NCBI RefSeq assembly: GCF_006345805.1 | Contig: NC_043015.1 | Coordinates: 31,000,001-31,064,000, forward strand | Length of the DNA stretch: 64,000 nt | Origin: Octopus sinensis | Lineage: Eukaryota | Reading direction: 5' to 3' | Shown here: positions 63,116-64,000 of the stretch, in pieces | How positions within the stretch are numbered: position 1 is the stretch's first letter | Layout: each line of letters opens with the position of its first letter | Notes under the pieces: generated by a model | What the model was told of the DNA's origin: nothing | The model's input: the letters and a program-made list of their open reading frames with translations, nothing else | Databases searched by the model: none | Translations under genes and position numbers: made by a program

Positions 63116-64000
63116 CCAGGTTGGTTAGTGTGTCTCAAGCCCTGGTATAATTTCAATTTCTTAGTTCCAGTAAGTCGTGTATAAACAGTGGAAAGAAATA
63201 CTAGAAAACGAGTTGCAATTAACTGCTACATTTTTTATTCAACCCTAAATGAATTGGTACAGCAACAAGTTGGTTACATCATGATGATACTGCCTGAAGA
63301 AAAATATACATATTTGCTTCTCAATCAGTCGGAACTTGGTGATGTGTGCTGAGCAGACAGGAACAGAAATACGTCACATCCCTTCTTGCAGTCCCTCATA
63401 TCCTCTCTGGTTACTGGTACATGGTGAACAAAAACACACGTAGCGCATCAAAACTACCCGCAGAATAACTCTCCTCTCCGTGTGCCTTTTCCCCACTTCA
63501 CTGGCGAAAAGAAGAAAGATACTCCGAATTGAAGATGATTGAGGACTCCAAGGAGCAAACAATATCTTGGCGCCCCTTGTTTGGGTACTAACGTATCCAA
63601 TTTCAACATTGGGCTTGGTCAATGTGTTACACCAGCACATGACCAATCGTAGAACACCAGCGCAGGAGCCATTTTCTGACTGTAACGTTTTGTGAGACGA
63701 CCATCGGCCCCAGGTATGACAAACAGTCTCGTTACAGGTAGAATTTATCTGTCTTTCATAATTTGTTTCAGACTTTTAAAAAATTATTTTTACAGCATCC
63801 AAAATACTGAATATTGCCAAAATTCTTTTAGTGTAGGACCGCCTTCTTTATTGGTATGTTTTCTTAATTCTGTCGAAAATAGCACAGGTTAACTGTTGCA
63901 ATTACACCCTGAACCATTGGTTACAAATATGGCGTATTTAGTGTCAGAAACGCTAATCTAATATTTAGATAGTGATATAATGGAGATTATGGATAATAAG

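Overview
AT-rich, microsatellite- and transposon-dense eukaryotic DNA. The SINE, LINE and MITE repertoire and the (TA)n/(TATG)n density point to an Octopus-type coleoid cephalopod (inference). The host gene is a minus-strand Na+/H+ exchanger (SLC9A/NHE family). I assembled it by hand from 11 phase-compatible GT-AG exons between 32934 and 426 (1250 nt, 416 codons plus 2 nt), and it continues beyond position 1. It has a signal peptide, a ~130-aa Ser/Thr-rich ectodomain, and intact AVDPVA, FGESLLND and LAE..LSG motifs. Possible upstream exons lie at 36650-36686 and inside a 1.43-kb tandem duplication (51075-53970). The rest is mostly mobile DNA: four SINE families, RTE, R4/Dong, CR1, Tx1 and Gypsy remnants, mariner/pogo fragments, non-autonomous Helitrons and GG-ended MITEs with 8-bp flanking repeats. 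The most unusual signal is a set of minimal hammerhead-ribozyme-like motifs with palindromic stem III in fold-back, Penelope-like remnants. All have non-canonical cores, including two copies with a reciprocal C3G/G8C swap (GUGAACA). No tools were run; novelty and activity are untested, and repeat boundaries are approximate.
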